Positions 26,919 to 41,371 are shown, counted from the first letter of the stretch. The stretch: DNA of 64,000 bases from Octopus vulgaris (GCA_951406725.2 OX597828.1:40238001-40302000); one strand, 5' to 3'. Program-made: numbers and translations. The notes: generated by a model from the sequence alone, not told the origin.

Positions 26919-27334
26919 GAGGGTCTTCTTTCAGTTTCCGTCCACTAAATCCACTCAAAAGACTTTGGTTGGCCCGAGGCTATAGTAGAAGACATTTTCC
27001 TAAAGTGTCACGCTGTGAGACCGTGTAGAACCATGTAGTTGGGAAGAAGCAAACTTGTTATCACACAGCCACGTCTGCGCCATGATGGTCTTACGATAAA
27101 AATCGGAGAATGAATCTCCACTATTTACCGGTCGGATTCCAGCAATATCACTGAATCGTACAAACGCCACTGTGTCAATTTGCTTCACTGTCTTAATTTC
27201 TCTGGTTTGCTGTTTGAATGTATACCATTTCATCGCTAGCTGATTTCGTTTGACTTCAAGGTCCTTCATTCATTTCGTTATCAATTCATTTCTTAAATTC
27301 ATGTCCAGTAAAACAACAACAAAAAATGGCGCTT

Positions 27335-28146
<812 letters not shown>

Positions 28147-28303
28147 AAGTTAATCCAAACATGAAAACACAAAGAGAAAACACAACAATGCGAGGACATG
28201 GAACAAATATAGTATTACTGGACGCTCAGGAAGGAAGGGAAGACGGAGGGAAAAAAATCGCCAACGGTACACACGCGGTCACATTTTGAATATATATATA
28301 TAT

Positions 28304-28497
<194 letters not shown>

Positions 28498-28805
28498 GAA
28501 GGCGCGTGGCTTAGTGGTTAGGGCATTCGGCTCACGATTGTAAGGTCGTGAATTCGATTCCCGGCGACGCGTTGTGTCCTTGAGTAAGACACTTTATTTC
28601 ACGTCGCTCCAGTCCACTCAGCTGGCAAAAATTAATAGTACTTGTATTTCAAAGGACCGGCTTTGTCACACTTTGTGTCACGCTGAATCTCCCTGAGAGC
28701 TACGTGTCTGTGGATTGCTCAGTCACTTGCACGTTAATTTCACGAGCAGGCTGTTCCGTTGATCGTATCAGCTGGGACCCTCGTCGTCGTAACCGACGGA
28801 GTACT
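28498..28805 (+). mobile_element. tRNA-derived SINE with CORE-like segment and the tail shared with the 22495 copy
   Basis: A-box TGGCTTAGTGG, B-box-like GAATTCGATTCCC, GTGTCCTTGAGTAAGACACTT. Confidence 0.75.
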
Positions 28806-29105
28806 CATATATATATATATATATATATAAACAGAAACTTAATAAGATGTTACCTTCAGAGAGAGAGAGAGAAAGAGATGGTGTACAAACCTAAGAAATA
28901 TATTATCTACGGTATATGTCTGCTGAGACCTTTTTAACAAAGTAATGAGGAACAAAGGCACCACAGAGACAAATTAGCGAGAACTGCTACGGAAAAACAC
29001 CGAGGAAGATGGGACTTCTGCGAAAGTAAAATCATGAACGCAGAATGAATGGAGTTTGTAGTGGATCAAATTAAGATTCAATTTTGTGAGCCGGGGCTTG
29101 CGGAA

Positions 29106-29139
<34 letters not shown>

Positions 29140-29744
29140 TGCGCGCATATATATACTCACACACTCAAGTTTACGTGTTTGTTATAAGACTCGGAGTGCC
29201 GCTCTGGCTTCACTTCCAAATGTTATTTTTGTTATTTGTATTATATAAAAATTGAAGCCTTTTTTTTTTTTTTAGCTTTTATTAAATTTAAAATCCATGT
29301 CTGCAGGGCGACGGATTTACACACGTATAAACAAATGCCGGGCGATGAGAATAATCGCAAATTGACTGTATTTGTTATAAACCATTATTTCCGAATCTTT
29401 CAATTCCATTAAAAAAAAATATTATTCCCATCACTTCCTCTTTTGAGAGTACTTTCAAAAATTTGCGTTATCAACAGTAAGAAGCAGAAAAATAAATGCA
29501 GATCAAAAAGGCTTGTCAGCAGCGCAAAATATGCAAGAGATTAGTAAAGACACTGATGGCGGTGATGCATCAGACCCTGTCGTCTGCTCTGATTCAATCG
29601 CATTTTTATGATTATTTCTGTTGTGGACGGTGACGTGTGGATTACTCAGTTATATAAAAGTGAAATAAGTCATTTATAGGTGTGATTTTGAAATGAATAC
29701 AGCTATAAATAATAGCATGTTATATATATATTGGATTTTAAAAA

Positions 29745-29962
29745 AAGGTAGCGAGCTATTAGAATTGTTAATGAATCAGACAAAATGCTTAGCAGCATTT
29801 ATTCCGGTTCTTTACGTTCTGAGTTCAAATAATTCCGAAGTTGATTCTGCTTTTGCTCCTTTCGGGGTCGATAAAATAATACCAGTTGAACACTGGGATC
29901 GATGTGATCAACTATTACCACCACCCACCCAAAATCCCAGGCCTTGTACCAATAGTAGAAAG
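29745..29962 (+). mobile_element. SINE family A, old copy
   Basis: Diverged body match. Confidence 0.65.
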
Positions 29963-31391
29963 AAACGTTTGACTAAAAAACCCTTGGATGGGGTGGGGAA
30001 GAAGGGTCGAATGCAACTTGCTTGGCATGAACCTAACCTTCAACTTCTATTTCAAGTTTGTTTATTTACCCAATATATTATTATTTATTGCTGTATCCAC
30101 TTCAAGACCCATCCTTAAAACGATTTAGTTCGTACTTCCCGAAGCGTCTGCATTTTCATGATATATACAAATGCAAATTTATCTTACTAACAACTCTATG
30201 CCTTCTAAACAACTAAAGTTGATTCTTTTCTTCGTGAATTGGCTGAAGGTGCAACAAAAATAACATACAAGAGACTGATAACGGTAGAAATAAAGAAAAC
30301 TATATTTTGCCTTCATCTAGTTCAAATCTTCTAACGGAGCCTAAAAGCTATTCTGAAAGTAACGGCATTTCGAAACCAAGCTTATATCGCGGTTGAGGTG
30401 TTTGGATTGAGGTAATGTGGAAGAAATACAAAGAAACTTATTCCTGGTTTTGACTTAAAGTATGATAAACTTGGGTTTAAAGAACAACTAACAAGCAATA
30501 TCCGAAATTTTACATATCTGAGAGCTCGAGGCTGTTAAAGGAATGGTAGATGTACCAAATATCCTTAGAACCGATCGAAGTACATGCTTGAAGTGTCTCA
30601 GAAAAATAAAAGTTTGTCAAATTCTCAAAAGTTCAAAGTGCTACTTTAAGTGCAGAAAATAGAGTTAGTGCAGATGGTCTTTGAAAATTGTCTTATGCCA
30701 TAAAAGTTTCGCATCTAAAGATAGAAGTTTTAGTTACCGTTTTACATATTATATAGCCCAGAATGACCGGCCATACTCCGAGCACTTTGCTTTACCGGAA
30801 CGTCTAAACAAAATTTGGTATTGAGATTGGAATTGGTCTATATTCTTGCACTAGTGTTAAAGAAATAATTATGTGACGATAATTACTCTTATAGACTAAC
30901 AAATGGATGACAACATTTCTGTTCTGACTGGAGAATCAACAAACCCGAACATTGATTTACCCGCCAGAAAATTTGAAAGTGATAAGGAAAGTAATCCCTA
31001 TTTATGCTTTTGACGTCATTGATTAGAAAGCTGCTACTACTACTACTGCTAAACATCTCATCAACAATGGGTCTTAATGGGGCTTACTTGAAACAGACGT
31101 AGTTTTTGTTAGCAATGGGGTGAGAATAATACTCGGTGTCAAATCTGGTATTGCAACAGTTCACTGCTTGGAATCGAACTCGGTATCTTGGGGTTAGTAG
31201 CCCACGCTCTTAACCACTACGCCATATGCCCGTGGACATTAACAAATCGATAGTTTAATTTATTTTATTTTTGTTTGTCAGAGTTCTTTCGTTGCTACTT
31301 GCAACCTTTTTAAATGACTATTCTGTATTACATGTCTCATTACTAATAGGAATTACAAAGGCATACATGTAGAAAAAATATGTAAAGCATA

Positions 31392-31552
31392 GCGCAGGAG
31401 TGGCTGAGTGGTAAGTAGCTTGCTTACCAACCACATGGTTCCGGGTTCAGTCCCACTGCGTGGCACCTTGGGCAAGTGTCTTCTACTATAGCCTCGGGCC
31501 GACCAAAGCCTTGTGAGTGGATTTGGTAGACAGAAACTGGAAAAAGCCCATC

Positions 31553-31606
<54 letters not shown>

Positions 31607-31827
31607 ATGTTTGTGTGTCTGTGTTTGTCCCCCTAGCATTGGTTGACAACTGATGCTGGTGTGTTTATGTCCCCGTCACTTAGCGGTTCGGTAAAAGAGA
31701 CCGATAGAATAGGTACTGGGCTTACAAAGAATAAGTCCCGGGGTCGAGTTGCTCGATTAAAGGCGGTGCTCCAGCATGGCCGCAGTCAAATGACTGAAAC
31801 TAGTAAAAGAGTAAAAGAGTAAAAGAG
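31392..31827 (+). mobile_element. SINE family B, full length with (GTAAAAGA)n tail
   Basis: Complete head, body and tail. Confidence 0.9.
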
Positions 31828-32143
31828 CATCACTCAAAGTCCATCAGATAGAAAATTAGAATTTTATATAGTAAAACGAAAAGACTCGCCGTTGACTTCG
31901 GCGATAAGTTTCCACATACTTGGTCAACGGAATTAAGTTGTTTCAAAGATGTAGTTATTACATTAACATCCTTGAAACTTCTGAACGTAAAAGAGTCTAA
32001 ATCTTAACTAAAAGATATGTGTGACTTTGATATGCGTGATACTGGCCTTCTGAAATACCTCTTAATTATGGAGAAGCTGCATTATCATCCCCCTGATTTT
32101 TTTTCTTCTCCCTTTCTAATAGATGTCATCAGAAATTGTAGAG

Positions 32144-32293
32144 CAGACATGGGCAATCTTTTTCGAGAAGCGAGCTGCATGAGACCTGGCTCATCATCAG
32201 ATGGACTGCACTACTGAAAAAAAAAGTTCAAGGTAATTTTTCCCAAGGTGTGCCATGCAGAAAGTCCCGCGGGCCGCAAGTTGCCCACAACTG
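32144..32293. mobile_element. hAT-like MITE
   Basis: TIRs CAGACATGGGCAA / TTGCCCACAACTG; 8-bp TSD TTGTAGAG/TTGTAGAA. Confidence 0.65.
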
Positions 32294-32528
32294 TTGTAGA
32301 ATAAAGTGGATACTGCTCCTCCTCACTCCATAATTTCCGCCCATTAATTAGCTATTCACGACTTATTAGTGTTGAGTTCTTGAGAGGAATTAGCGACATG
32401 AACATGGTAATAACTACACAGTCGAAAGTTCTCAAAATAGACCATCTATCAGCTCTTATGTTAATCTAGATGGAGTCCTTCTAGCTCAGTGAAATCCGAA
32501 GCCATATGTCACATTATTGTTGCAGTAC

Positions 32529-33291
32529 CTATTTCTTTACTACCCACAAGGGGCCACACAGGGACAGGACAAACAAGGACAGACACACGGATTAAGTCGA
32601 CCCCAGTGGGTAACTGGTACTTATTTAATCGACCCCGAAAGGATGAAAGGCAAAGTCGACCTCGGCGGAATTTGAACTCAGAACGTAGCGGCAGACGAAA
32701 TACCTGTTTCTTTATTACCCACAAGGGGCTAAACATAGAGGGGACAAACAAGGACAGACAAACGGATTAAGTCGACCCCAGTGGGTAACTGGTACTTATT
32801 TAATCGACCCCGAAAGGATGAAAGGCAAAGTCGACCTCGGCGGAATTTGAACTCAGAACGTAGCGGCAGACGAAATACCTGTTTCTTTATTACCCACAAG
32901 GGGCTAAACATAGAGGGGACAAACAAGGACAGACAAACGGATTAAGTCGACCCCAGTGGGTAACTGGTACTTATTTAATCGACCCCGAAAGGATGAAAGG
33001 CAAAGTCGACCTCGGCGGAATTTGAACTCAGAACGTAGCGGCAGACGAAATACCTGTTTCTTTATTACCCACAAGGGGCTAAACATAGAGGGGACAAACA
33101 AGGACAGACAAACGGATTAAGTCGACCCCAGTGCGTAACTGGTACTCAATTTATCGACCCCGAAAGGATGAAAGGCAAAGTCGACCTCGGCAGAATTTGA
33201 ACTCAGAACGTAACGGCAGACGTAACGGCAGAACGTAACGTACGGCTACGCATTTCGCCCGACGTGCTAACGTTTCTGCCAGCTCGCCGCC
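32529..33291 (-). mobile_element. SINE family A tandem array (4 units, 175-bp period)
   Basis: Units offset by 175; one 15-bp TSD TTATTGTTGCAGTAC (32514-32528, 33292-33306) flanks the whole array. Confidence 0.9.
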
Positions 33292-33854
33292 TTATTGTTG
33301 CAGTACTACAGACCAGCAGGTGACTCGAGGACAAGTTGCTTCAGACTTCCTCGAACATAAAATTACTTTTGATCCTGTTTAGAAATAAATTATGGTGACA
33401 TTTTACACTGATGGTGCTTGCTAAGTTTTTATTCGGCAAAAAAAAAAAAAAGAAAAGAAAAGGAAGAAAAATGCGTGATTATTGCACTTTTCTTGACTTA
33501 TTTGATAATTATATAGTGTAATAATTAGTGGGTGCAAGTTGCACAGTGCAATCATCATATTATTAAATGAAGTATTACGTTTTATAGTACCCCCTTATGC
33601 AACAGAAATATAGTGATAGGGTGTAATCTCTTTAATGTTTTAACGATGAGTGATAGTTGGATAAGCATACACACACACACTCTCTCTCCCGCTCTCTCTC
33701 TCTCTCTCTCACGCCCCTCCACACACACCCACGCCCACACACAAAACCGAGCTGCAGTTGTGACTCTCAAAGTAAACATTAATTCTCATGCCAAGGGTTG
33801 AAAGTGGAACTGTATTACCTGGAAAGGTGACACAAAAGAGATATTTCGTTCTTA

Positions 33855-33889
33855 TTAGATCTCAGCGTCGAAGCATAGTCTTCTCAAGC

Positions 33890-33939
<50 letters not shown>

Positions 33940-34325
33940 TCCTCTCGCTCTCTCCGTTTTATATACGATTTATTTGTTGTAGGTGGACTCTTATACGAAC
34001 GAGGGTTTAACAAGACAAAGTGCAACTGTGTCCTCAGTTCGATGTTTTGCCGTGTCCTCAGACCCGTCGCCAGACATTGGTGCCTTGGGCTGCTTCAAAT
34101 CTTCTGGGTGTGTACTTAGACCTCAGCGTCGAAGCATAGTCTTCTCAAATCTGTTCTCTCTCTCTCTCTCTCTCTCTCCGTTTTATATATAATATATTTG
34201 TTGTTGGTGGACTCATACGAATGAGGGTTCAACTGGATACAGTTGCACTGTGTTCTCAATTCGGTGATTTGCCGTGTCGTCAGACCCATCGCCTGGGGCT
34301 GCTTCAAAAATATTCTGGGTGGGCA
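33855..34325 (+). repeat. Diverged tandem duplication, unit of about 260 bp including (CT)n
   Basis: CTCAGCGTCGAAGCATAGTCTTCTCAA occurs at about 33860 and 34122, with matching downstream sequence. Confidence 0.75.
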
Positions 34326-34458
34326 CTAATTTGTAATAATGTTACAGTGGAGTTTCGAAATAAGTATGTTATTGTAAACCTGGGAGAATTTAGGATTTAT
34401 GGAGAGTCAAAGTTGGGAACAAAAAAATAACAGTGGAGATAGATACACACGCACACAC

Positions 34459-34494
<36 letters not shown>

Positions 34495-34843
34495 TGTGTG
34501 ATAAGGAACTTCCTTTCTAACCGCATGGTTCCGAGTTCAATCCCACTGCTTGGCACCTTGGGTAAGTGTCTTTTACTAATACCTCAGGCTGACCAAAGCC
34601 TTGTGAGTGGATTTGGATGGAAACTGGAAGAAGCCCGTCGTATATATGTGTGTATCGCTTGACAAACAATGGGGATGTGTTTATATGTCCCCGTAACTTA
34701 GAAGTCCGGCAAAAGACCGATGGAATAAGTACTATGCTTACAAAGAATAAATCCTGGGGTCGATTGTCCAACTAACACTCTTTGAGGGGGTGCTCCAGCA
34801 TGTTCATAGTCAAATGACTGAAACAAGTAAAACAATGAAGGAA

Positions 34844-34890
<47 letters not shown>

Positions 34891-35045
34891 GACGGGCTTC
34901 TTTCAGTTTCCGTCTGCCAAATCCACTCACAAAGGTTTTGGCCGGCTATAATAGAAGACACTTGACCAAGGTGCTACACTGTGAGACTGAACCAGGAACC
35001 ATGTGGTTGGAAAGCAAGCCTCTTACTACACAGCAATGCCTACGC
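34495..35045. mobile_element. Two SINE B copies in opposite orientation (34495-34835 +, 34888-35045 -)
   Basis: Match to family B. Confidence 0.75.
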
Positions 35046-35168
35046 AAATTTCAGGGTGGCACCTGCTTTGGTCTTATGTACGAACTTTCTGAGCTGTTGC
35101 CATTCTCTCCTAAAGTAAGCTAGTGGCACGAAGAGCTACATTGATACGGTTACACCTCTAGTCTCAAT

Positions 35169-35210
<42 letters not shown>

Positions 35211-35212
35211 GG

Positions 35213-35263
35213 AGCTTCTACAGGACTAGAACTGTTTCATTCAAGAGAAATCTTCAGGAAGCT
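35213..35263 (-). ncRNA. Type I hammerhead ribozyme (mirror copy in the palindrome)
   Basis: Exact reverse complement of 35260-35310. Confidence 0.75.
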
Positions 35264-35310
35264 TCCTGAAGATTTCTCTTGAATGAAACAGTTCTAGTCC
35301 TGTAGAAGCT
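35260..35310 (+). ncRNA. Type I hammerhead ribozyme
   Basis: Stem I AGCTTC/GAAGCT, CTGAAGA 35266-35272, stem II (T)TTC-tctt-GAA(T), GAAA 35285-35288, stem III CAG-ttctagtc-CTG, GTA (cut after 35304). Confidence 0.8.
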
Positions 35311-35393
35311 CCTTCTATATAATAAATTAATTTTACTCTGCTATGTATTGAGTACCTTATTTACTGTGGTTAACCCCGAATCAACCCGGGACC

Positions 35394-35439
<46 letters not shown>

Positions 35440-35442
<3 letters not shown>

Positions 35443-35836
35443 GTCGTCGTCGACTTACGACCGATCGTCTTTACGACGATTGGGCCGCCAACTCCCAACA
35501 ACAATAATAAATAGTTCAGTTGAAATCTAATGGGTTTAATTTCTTAGAAATTAACCCGTCTACGGAGGATGTCAGTTAACAAACGCTTCCCCTAGGTTTG
35601 GTTATTGATCGCCACTGTGTTGGGTGATAATCTTGTCGCGGAGACATCGAGGCAACCTTGTATTTGTTTATAAGACGACTGCTTGAGATTCCGAAAGTTT
35701 TGACATAATAGTATAATACAGAATTCTGTGTGTAACTTTTACCTGAGAATGTTAAAATATAAAACAAAGCTGTGTAGGCCGACTTACGACCAGTCAGTCG
35801 GAACCAATTGTGGTCGTAAGTCGACGACGACCTCTG
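35440..35836. mobile_element. Pogo/Tigger-like MITE
   Basis: TIRs containing AGGTCGTCGTCGACTTACGACC at both ends; TA flanks. Confidence 0.75.
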
Positions 35837-36390
35837 TACACACACACTCGCACACACGTACGTACGTACTACGTATGTATGTATCCTCACATCAAAGAGA
35901 GGTGGTTTACACATAAGTAGATTGTTCTATATTCAGAATTAATTAATCAATGGATTAATTAGACAGAAACCACAAATCCAAAGCAACCGACAAGTTCGCG
36001 TGGGTAAAAATACGGAAATAATCGGATATTGTGTTCATTTTGTTCTTTCACAAGATATTTCTGTTGTAGTTTTTATAACGGATATTCTGTTGATAATTAT
36101 AAATTCTATTGCGTCTTCCAGATGGAATATTCCTTCGTAATAATAATATTTCTGTTTTCCCCGACTGCAAGAGACTAGATTTTTTTTAAACAGGAGATTT
36201 AAATCAAATAATCAGTTTGTTTATTTATTTAAATTTCTCGTTAAAAACAATTGAGAAAAAACTATTCCAGTGTTGGACGACTGCACTTGTGTGTAGATAT
36301 CTTATGAATACAAATGGAGAAAGACTTAAAATTCAGTCTTTCACGGGCCTTATAATGTCAAGAGTGACTTAGCACCAGTGGGAGCGTTCA

Positions 36391-36845
36391 TAGGTGCAGG
36401 TGTGGCTGTGTGGTAAGAAGCTTGCTTCCCAACCACATGGTTCCGGGTTCAGTCCTACTGCGTGGCAACTTGGGCAAGGGCTTTTACTATAGCCTCGGAC
36501 CGATCAAAGCCTTGTGAGTGGATTTGGTAGACGAAAACTGAAAGTCGCCTGTTGTGTGTGTGTGTGCGTGTGTGTGTGTGCAGGGGCGAACCAAGGATGG
36601 CGGGGGAGGCGTGAGGGGCACGTGTGCCCCTCAAGAAAAAAAGTGCGCCCTTCTAAATAATGTTATTACGCCCTTTTCTCCTGGAATTGTATTCCCTTCT
36701 GTGCTCTTGCCCTTCCTGCGAAAAATTCCTGGGACAGCACCTGGTGTGTGTGTGTGTATGTGTGTATCACCCACTACCGCTTGACAACCGGTGTTTGTGT
36801 GTTTACGTCCCCGTAACTTAGCGGTTCAGCAAAAGGAGCCGACTG
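36391..36845 (+). mobile_element. SINE family B interrupted by a MITE
   Basis: Family B match on both sides of 36581-36743. Confidence 0.8.
36581..36743. mobile_element. hAT-like MITE inserted in the (GT)n of a SINE B
   Basis: Imperfect TIRs CAGGGGCGAACCAAGGA / TCCTGGGACAGCACCTG flanked by GT repeats. Confidence 0.55.
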
Positions 36846-37507
36846 TTTATTCGTACAGCAACATGCTGTCGGCCCAACATATACGAAATCACTGTACTCT
36901 CTTCATCACAACAGAGGACTTTGGTTGTCTGCCATTTAAACTACGTGCCAAACGGCTTTTATTGGGAACCGGAATCCAAATTTTAGAATGTTCGAGGAAA
37001 ACCATGTTATGCCATTGCCTCACGCTGATTGGTCGGTTAATTAACCGATCACGTGAAACTAGGGCGATTCAGTCATGATTTCTGACCGCGTATCTAGCGA
37101 TCAGGTTTCGAGTCACCGCTACACTTACTCGATGTATCTGCCTCTACTTTTCATCATCCGTTCTATGTTTCATTTCTAAAACTAACGTAGTAATAAGTGT
37201 ATTTCTCAATCCCGCCACAGGGCTATCATCTGGAATTCTCTTTCAGTCCACGTTTTCTTTTCCCTGCAGGAATCAATTAGTAGAAATTGAGGTTGAACGA
37301 AGTGCAACCTGCATTGATCTTAGCATGACCGGAAAACGATTCAACAGTTGCTTATCCAACTCAAAATTCTTTCATGCTTGCGTGTTTGTGTGTATTTGCA
37401 TGTGTAAGTGTTAGTTTATTTGCCGTATCAAGGCAAGTATGTGTGTAGTTATGTTTTCCTCATCCATCGTTCTGTTCCGCTACATATAATTAATGCATTC
37501 GTGATAA

Positions 37508-37866
37508 TCTTTTACTTGTTTCAGCAAATAGGCAGCGGCCATTCTGGGGCCTTGAAAAATTTTCGTCGAACGAATCAATCCCTTTATTCTTTTCTAAGCT
37601 CGGTACTTATTTCTATTGGCCACTTTTTTCTGAACCGCTAAGTAACGGGGGCGTAAACACACTAACACCGGTTGTCAAGCAGTGGTCTCACACACACACA
37701 CACACAACGAGCTTCTTTCGGTTTTCGTTCACTAAACCCATTCACAAAGTTTTGGTTGGCCTGAGGTTATAGTAGAAGACACTTACCCAAGGTGCTGTGT
37801 AGTGGAACTGAACCCGGAACCATGTGGTTGAGATGCAAACTTCTTACCACAACCCACGTCTGCGCA
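37508..37866 (-). mobile_element. SINE family B, old copy
   Basis: Diverged, near full-length match. Confidence 0.75.
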
Positions 37867-37988
37867 TAGACTTATATTTCCCTACAACATACACATTCTA
37901 TGACTCTCAGCTGCGAAATTAATTAATCAGCAATTTGGCAAGATTTTTAGTTAAGGAAACTTATGCATTATTATGAAGAGTGTGAAGG

Positions 37989-38205
37989 GAGGCGAGCTGG
38001 CAGAATTATCAGAAAGTTGGACGAAATGCTTAGCGATATTTCGCCCGTCGCTACATTCTGAGTTCAAATTCCGCCGAGGTCGACTTTGCTTTTTCATCCT
38101 TTCGGGGTTGATAAATTAAGTACCAGGGAAACACTGGGGTCGATGTAATCGAGTAGTCCCCTCCCCATAAATATGAGGCCTTGTGTCTCCAGCAGAAAGG
38201 ATTAT
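37989..38205 (+). mobile_element. SINE family A (variant tail)
   Basis: Body match. Confidence 0.8.
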
Positions 38206-38291
38206 TATGAAATCTATGGTTGGAAATACAACAAATGGTTCATACATTAAATTATGATGGAAGGTATTACATTAAATATTATCACGTTAAG

Positions 38292-38583
38292 TGGAGGCAC
38301 ATGGCCTAGTGGTTAGAGCAGCGGACTCGCGGTCGAGGGATCACGGGTTCGAATCTTAGACCGGGCGATGTGTGTGTTTATGAGCGAAACACCTAAGCTC
38401 CACGCGGCTCGGCAGAAGGTAATGGCGAACTTCTGCTGACTCTTTCACCACAACTTTCTCTCACTCTTTCCTCATGCATCTTGCAGCTCACCTGCGACGG
38501 ACCGGCGTCCCGTCCAGGTGGGGAACCGATACGCCAAGGAAACCGGCCCTAATGAGCCAGGCGTGGCTCGGGAAGGAACAAAC
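38292..38583 (+). mobile_element. SINE family C
   Basis: Nearly the same as 48259-48561. Confidence 0.85.
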
Positions 38584-38898
38584 ATTATCACTTTAAAACA
38601 GATTTTGTTCCATAAAACGAGGAGGTTGTCTCGTCGCAAGTCACAAAGGGGTTAACCACTCCCACACAATTGCTAAGAGAAAATACAATGTGTTCAACAG
38701 AAATATCCAATTACTGGTCTAAAATATCAATACTCGAATACAATGTAAAGCAGTGATGTCAACTAAGGTCTGTATGACCCTTGGGGATCCACATAAGACT
38801 TTCTTGCTAAAATTGTTGTACTATGAACTGGTTGTACTTCTAAAATACTCAGAATATTTTAACAATTTTCTCGGAGTGGCTGTGTGGAACTTGCTTAC

Positions 38899-39985
38899 TT
38901 CCGGTTACCCAGAGTTCATTTGCTTTGTTGTTTGTGTTTTTGTCGGACGTTGATTTTTGTTGCTGCGTTGAGAGACAATGTACTCAGACTTTAGCGGGTC
39001 TGAGTTGTCTTCATCGGAGGAGGAGCTGACGAAGGCGGGGAGAAGAATGGACGGAATGTTGGAGAAAACAAGAAGTTTTTCTGAGGCGGCGGAGGTGAAG
39101 AGAAAGGACGTAGACCTGGCTGGACTGAAGGAATATGGGAAAATGACGCAGAAGGTGGGTGGCGACGTGAAGTTGTCGCCGCCTAAAAGAATTATGGAGC
39201 AAATGGAGAGGAAGACTATCACCTATAGGATGCACTCGCTGAAGAACAAAAAAAGCTGAACAGGTGGAAGTGGAAATAATTGAGAAAGCGCCAAGGAAAC
39301 AGTCAAACCAAATTATGTATATAACCAAAGGATTTAAAACGGGACAGTGGTCGTCCAGTTTAGGACAGTGGAAGAGGCGAGGAGGGTGGCGAGTGTGACT
39401 GAGGGGACAGAAGAGGTGGCGCTTCTGTTCACATATCTTGGAAGAAATACTTCCAAGGTAAGGGTGGAAGCAATCCCACCTGATATAGAAGTGGCTTGGC
39501 TGGTGGAGACGGTGACGTTGGGAAAAATTGTGTTAAGAATGTGGGTGGAAGGCAGAGTCCCGCGTTGTTTTAAATGTGGCCAAAAGGGCCACATTAAAGC
39601 ATACTACCCTCTTCAGAAGAAAACAATAGAGGAAACAACAGACAAACTAGTTGTGGAGACGGAGGAGAAAAGAGAGGAAGAAAAGAAAGACGGAGGAAAG
39701 GAGGAACAATGGGTATTAACAGAGAGTAGAAGGAAGAAGAGGAAGAAAAGAAAGAACACTGAGTGTGATGTGGTACCCCAGTCCAACTCCATCCCACCCA
39801 AGACCACTCAGACCCATCCTCCCCATACAGACACCAAACCCACCTACCCCATTTCCCCACAAGAAAAAACAGACACCACAAAATGTAGAAGACCCCCTAT
39901 CTCGGTGAAAACGGTCACGTCTACATGGAGGCGAAAGTGTTGTCACTCAGCAATAGGGAAAACGGAAAAAGGACTGGACTAGAGG
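38899..39985 (+). mobile_element. Tx1-like LINE 5' region with frameshifted ORF1 (gag-like zinc knuckle)
   Basis: ORF pieces 38978-39259 and 39347-39982; RCFKCGQKGHIKAYY is a CX2CX4HX4C knuckle with the last C mutated. Confidence 0.7.
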
Positions 39986-40089
39986 CTAAAGAGTTCAAAT
40001 TCCGCCGAGGTCCACTTTGCCTTTCATCCTTTCGGGGTCGTGGCATCGATGTTACTGATTCTTGAAATTGCTAGCCTTTGCCAAAATTT

Positions 40090-40673
40090 GAAACGTGATT
40101 GTATGGTCGCCTTATACTACAAGGACAATAGCAGAGCTTGAAGCAGTCCAACGACATTACACAAAGAAAATTGCATCAACAGAACGACTGGGTTACTGGG
40201 ACAGGTTGAAAGAGCTGCGACTCTATTCCCTGGAACGAAGGTGGGAGAGGTATGCAGTGATATATATATGGAAGATACTGGAAGGACTGGTACCAAACTT
40301 TGGAATAAAGAGCTATACCAGACCACGAACAGAACATCACTATGCTGTCCCCATTTTGCCGACTGCTTCATCTCGTGCAAGGACGATGTACTGCAATAGC
40401 TTGGGTTTCAAGGGCCCACAGCTATTTGACTGTCTGCCGAAGCATCGGAGGAGCCTCCATGGAGTGGATGTAGATGTTTTCAAACGTGAACTTGATCTCT
40501 GGCTCACCGTGATCCCGGATGAGCCAATATCTAGGCAGGAAACTCAAAAGAGGGCAGTAGCATCGAACTCCATCCTTCACCAGAAGCTGCTCCGACAAAG
40601 GTGGAAAGTGGAAAGATGATTACAATGGCGGTGCTCCAGCATGGCCACAGTCATTGGCCTGAAACATATAAGA

Positions 40674-40678
<5 letters not shown>
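40090..40678 (+). mobile_element. CR1/L2-group LINE 3' fragment (ORF2 C-terminus plus 3' UTR)
   Basis: VWSPY...IAELEAVQRHYTKKI...YWDRLKELRLYSLERR...IYIWKILEGLVPN is a typical CR1-group post-RT sequence. Confidence 0.8.
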
Positions 40679-40718
<40 letters not shown>

Positions 40719-40738
40719 CATATACACACACACACATG

Positions 40739-40774
<36 letters not shown>

Positions 40775-40861
40775 TATATATATATACACATACATATATA
40801 TGTATATATATACACATACATATATATGTATATATGAAACCTATCAAAGTATCAAAGTAAA

Positions 40862-40896
<35 letters not shown>

Positions 40897-40940
40897 GATA
40901 TATATAACAATTTAATAAAGCATATGCATACATACATACA

Positions 40941-40973
<33 letters not shown>

Positions 40974-41183
40974 GTACATACCTACATCTATATGTATATA
41001 TACATGCATATATGGGTACAAGACACCACAAATAAACGTAGAACACAACGAGTAACGAAAACATAAAAGCAAACAAGGAAATGGACTTTTTTAAACAACG
41101 AAAAAACAGAGTACAAGACATACAACACAAGGAACATTCCCCTTCTTCAGCTGCCCCTGCTTCGACATTGCGTGTTTCGAAGG

Positions 41184-41348
<165 letters not shown>

Positions 41349-41371
41349 CACACACACATATATATATATAT

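Larger units (their letters stand above)
23118..27303 (+). repeat. Direct tandem duplication, 2 x 2093 bp
   Basis: 23118-25210 and 25211-27303 appear identical by eye; ORF-track duplicates are offset by exactly 2093. Confidence 0.95.

Noticed and set aside
32509-33101. Repeated 65-80 aa ORFs, and a CRISPR-like or tandem-gene interpretation
   Set aside because: These are identical 175-bp SINE A units with no unique spacers and no cas genes; the ORFs are incidental.
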